Shown here one piece after another: positions 62,705 through 64,000 of a stretch of DNA of 64,000 bases (within the stretch, counting starts at the first letter, position 1; every line of letters starts with the position of its first letter). The stretch is from contig OZ237737.1 in assembly GCA_965178125.1 (NCBI GenBank), positions 1,054,001 through 1,118,000 on the forward strand, written 5' to 3'. The translations under genes and the position numbers were made by a program. Origin of the DNA: Bilabrum cf. latius. Taxonomy: Eukaryota. Under the pieces are notes generated by a model. That model did not search any database and had not been told where the DNA came from. It was given only the letters and a program-made list of their open reading frames with translations.

Positions 62705-64000
62705 TTAATTCTGGCAGTATACCATACAGGCTGCTGGAAAGTAATCATAGGTAGCCTGATCTGGCTTTACTTTGGTGTAAAACACGGTTTTGAAGGCTTG
62801 TTTTAAGGTTTCGATGATGCGTAGGAAACGGGGGATGCTCCTATCTACATCAAAACTATATTCTAACACCAGTTTTTGGATGCCATGGTGTTGGTAAGTT
62901 GCTGGTTTAAGTGTTTCGAGGATCTCGATTTCAGCACCCTCGATATCCATTTTAATGCAGTTGCAATCAGCCCGTTCCAAAGCCTCAAAAATATTTTCTA
63001 CAGGGATATCAACAGTTGTACGCCCTCTTACGGGATGCAAGGTATGCCTGTATTTGTTGTAATCTCCTTTGCACAGGTAGAGTTTTTGAGTTCCAGTGGG
63101 TTTTGTAGAAACCCCTGATTCAACAATTTTCCATCCACCCCTAGGTTTAGGAAAGTTGAGTTCCAGGTTTTTTTGTAGTATTTCAAGGTTATCCCGTTCT
63201 GGTTCATAGCAGGTTACAGAGCACCCCCGCGATAAGGCAAGTAAGGCGAATGTGCCGATATTGGCACCAAGATCTAGCCATCGTTCCTTTGGATCAGATC
63301 CCACTTCGAACTAAACTTTTGGTTTATCGTAAGAGTTCCTGGTAAGCACCTCACCAATTACAGTTTGATCTGTGGTTTTGGGGCGAACCCAGAGTTTAAG
63401 ATCGAGTTTTCGTTTGGGTAAAACTACATCAATTAATTCTTGTGAGGCGGCTTTACTAGAAGGTTTGGATTGGGTACATTTTTGCATGTTTTCTCGGTAG
63501 TAGTAAACCATTGATAATCTGCACCAATCTGATCCATCTGGCACTATTTCTGTATTACAGTGCAACTGGTGAGGATCTATTAAGATAAAATCGCCGTGGC
63601 GAACATCAACACAAACGCCGAACTTAGGAAAACCCAGGTATCCGCCCTTGTAAGAATTCTTGCCATCCTCGGCAACTACTACAGCACTGTATCCATTGTG
63701 ATAATCACCTGAATCCTTGTGGCAAGCGGTTCGCCAGTTGTAATTTACGGTGATGGTAGAAAATGCAGTATCGTTGATTTGGTAATCGGGAGTTTTTTTA
63801 GCCATGCCGTGCTGTTCGTGATGGCGTTCTGGTTCGAACTCGCTGTATGCCTTATCAACCTAATTAATTAATGGTTTTAAGTTGTTCCATTTGGCTTGGT
63901 ATTTGCTGGTATAGCTGGTAGTTCTGCAGGGTACGAGTTTCTTGGCTAAGATTTCTCGTTTATCTCTGATTCGGGGTTTATCGTAGTAGCCAACAATCAT
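62705..64000 (-). CDS. TET/JBP-family 2OG-Fe(II) dioxygenase fused to FkbM-family methyltransferase (probably 5'-partial)
   Basis: GYYDKP..CRTTSY..FSTITVNYNWRTACHKDSGD..HQLHCNTEI..RLSMVYY, in frame across TAG 63311-63313 with LDLGANIG..YEP..IKMDIEGAE; TAA stop. Confidence 0.82.

Larger units (their letters stand above)
38118..64000. mobile_element. Endogenous virophage element B (>25.8 kb, right end outside the window)
   Basis: Terminal palindrome of the same design as element A; complete ATPase/protease/penton/MCP set; TVpol-helicase, tyrosine recombinase and rve integrase. Confidence 0.85.

Noticed and set aside
35237-64000. Bacteriophage/prophage or contaminant contig joined to the host
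   Set aside because: The gene set is virophage-type, shares the host's code, and the junction lies mid-exon at a structured terminus repeated at 38118. Read-level confirmation is still needed.
38118-64000. Apparent switch from C-rich to G-rich plus strand along element B
   Set aside because: Only an impression by eye and confounded by gene orientation; needs a cumulative GC-skew calculation at third codon positions.

Overview
Eukaryotic nuclear DNA in two parts. Bases 1-35236 are GC-rich, intron-containing genes of a flagellated protist (probably a Cafeteria-like heterotrophic stramenopile; this identity is inference). They include the CFAP57 3' end, KTI12, a twin-CX9C protein, two membrane proteins, a ~7,100-aa HECT E3 ligase, GAPDH, a kelch membrane protein and a C-type lectin/Cys-rich gene. 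From 35237 to the window end the DNA is AT-rich and intron-free and is endogenous virophage (mavirus-like capsid modules). The ORF track is fragmented because host and virus both read TAG as a sense codon, almost certainly Gln, while TAA and TGA remain stops. There are two nested viral elements. Element A starts at 35237 inside the host lectin gene and carries protease, penton and the 5' part of MCP. Element B starts at 38118 inside element A's MCP and runs past 64000. Each begins with a long perfect palindrome followed by GTAG(A/G)GTA. Element B carries a full morphogenesis module, a TVpol-SF3 helicase, a tyrosine recombinase and an rve integrase. It also has unusual cargo: a T4 Rnl1-type RNA ligase beside a tRNA/tRNA-like cluster (one with a CTA anticodon), a SET-domain protein and a TET/JBP dioxygenase-FkbM methyltransferase fusion. 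All family calls come from motif recognition by eye; no searches were run.
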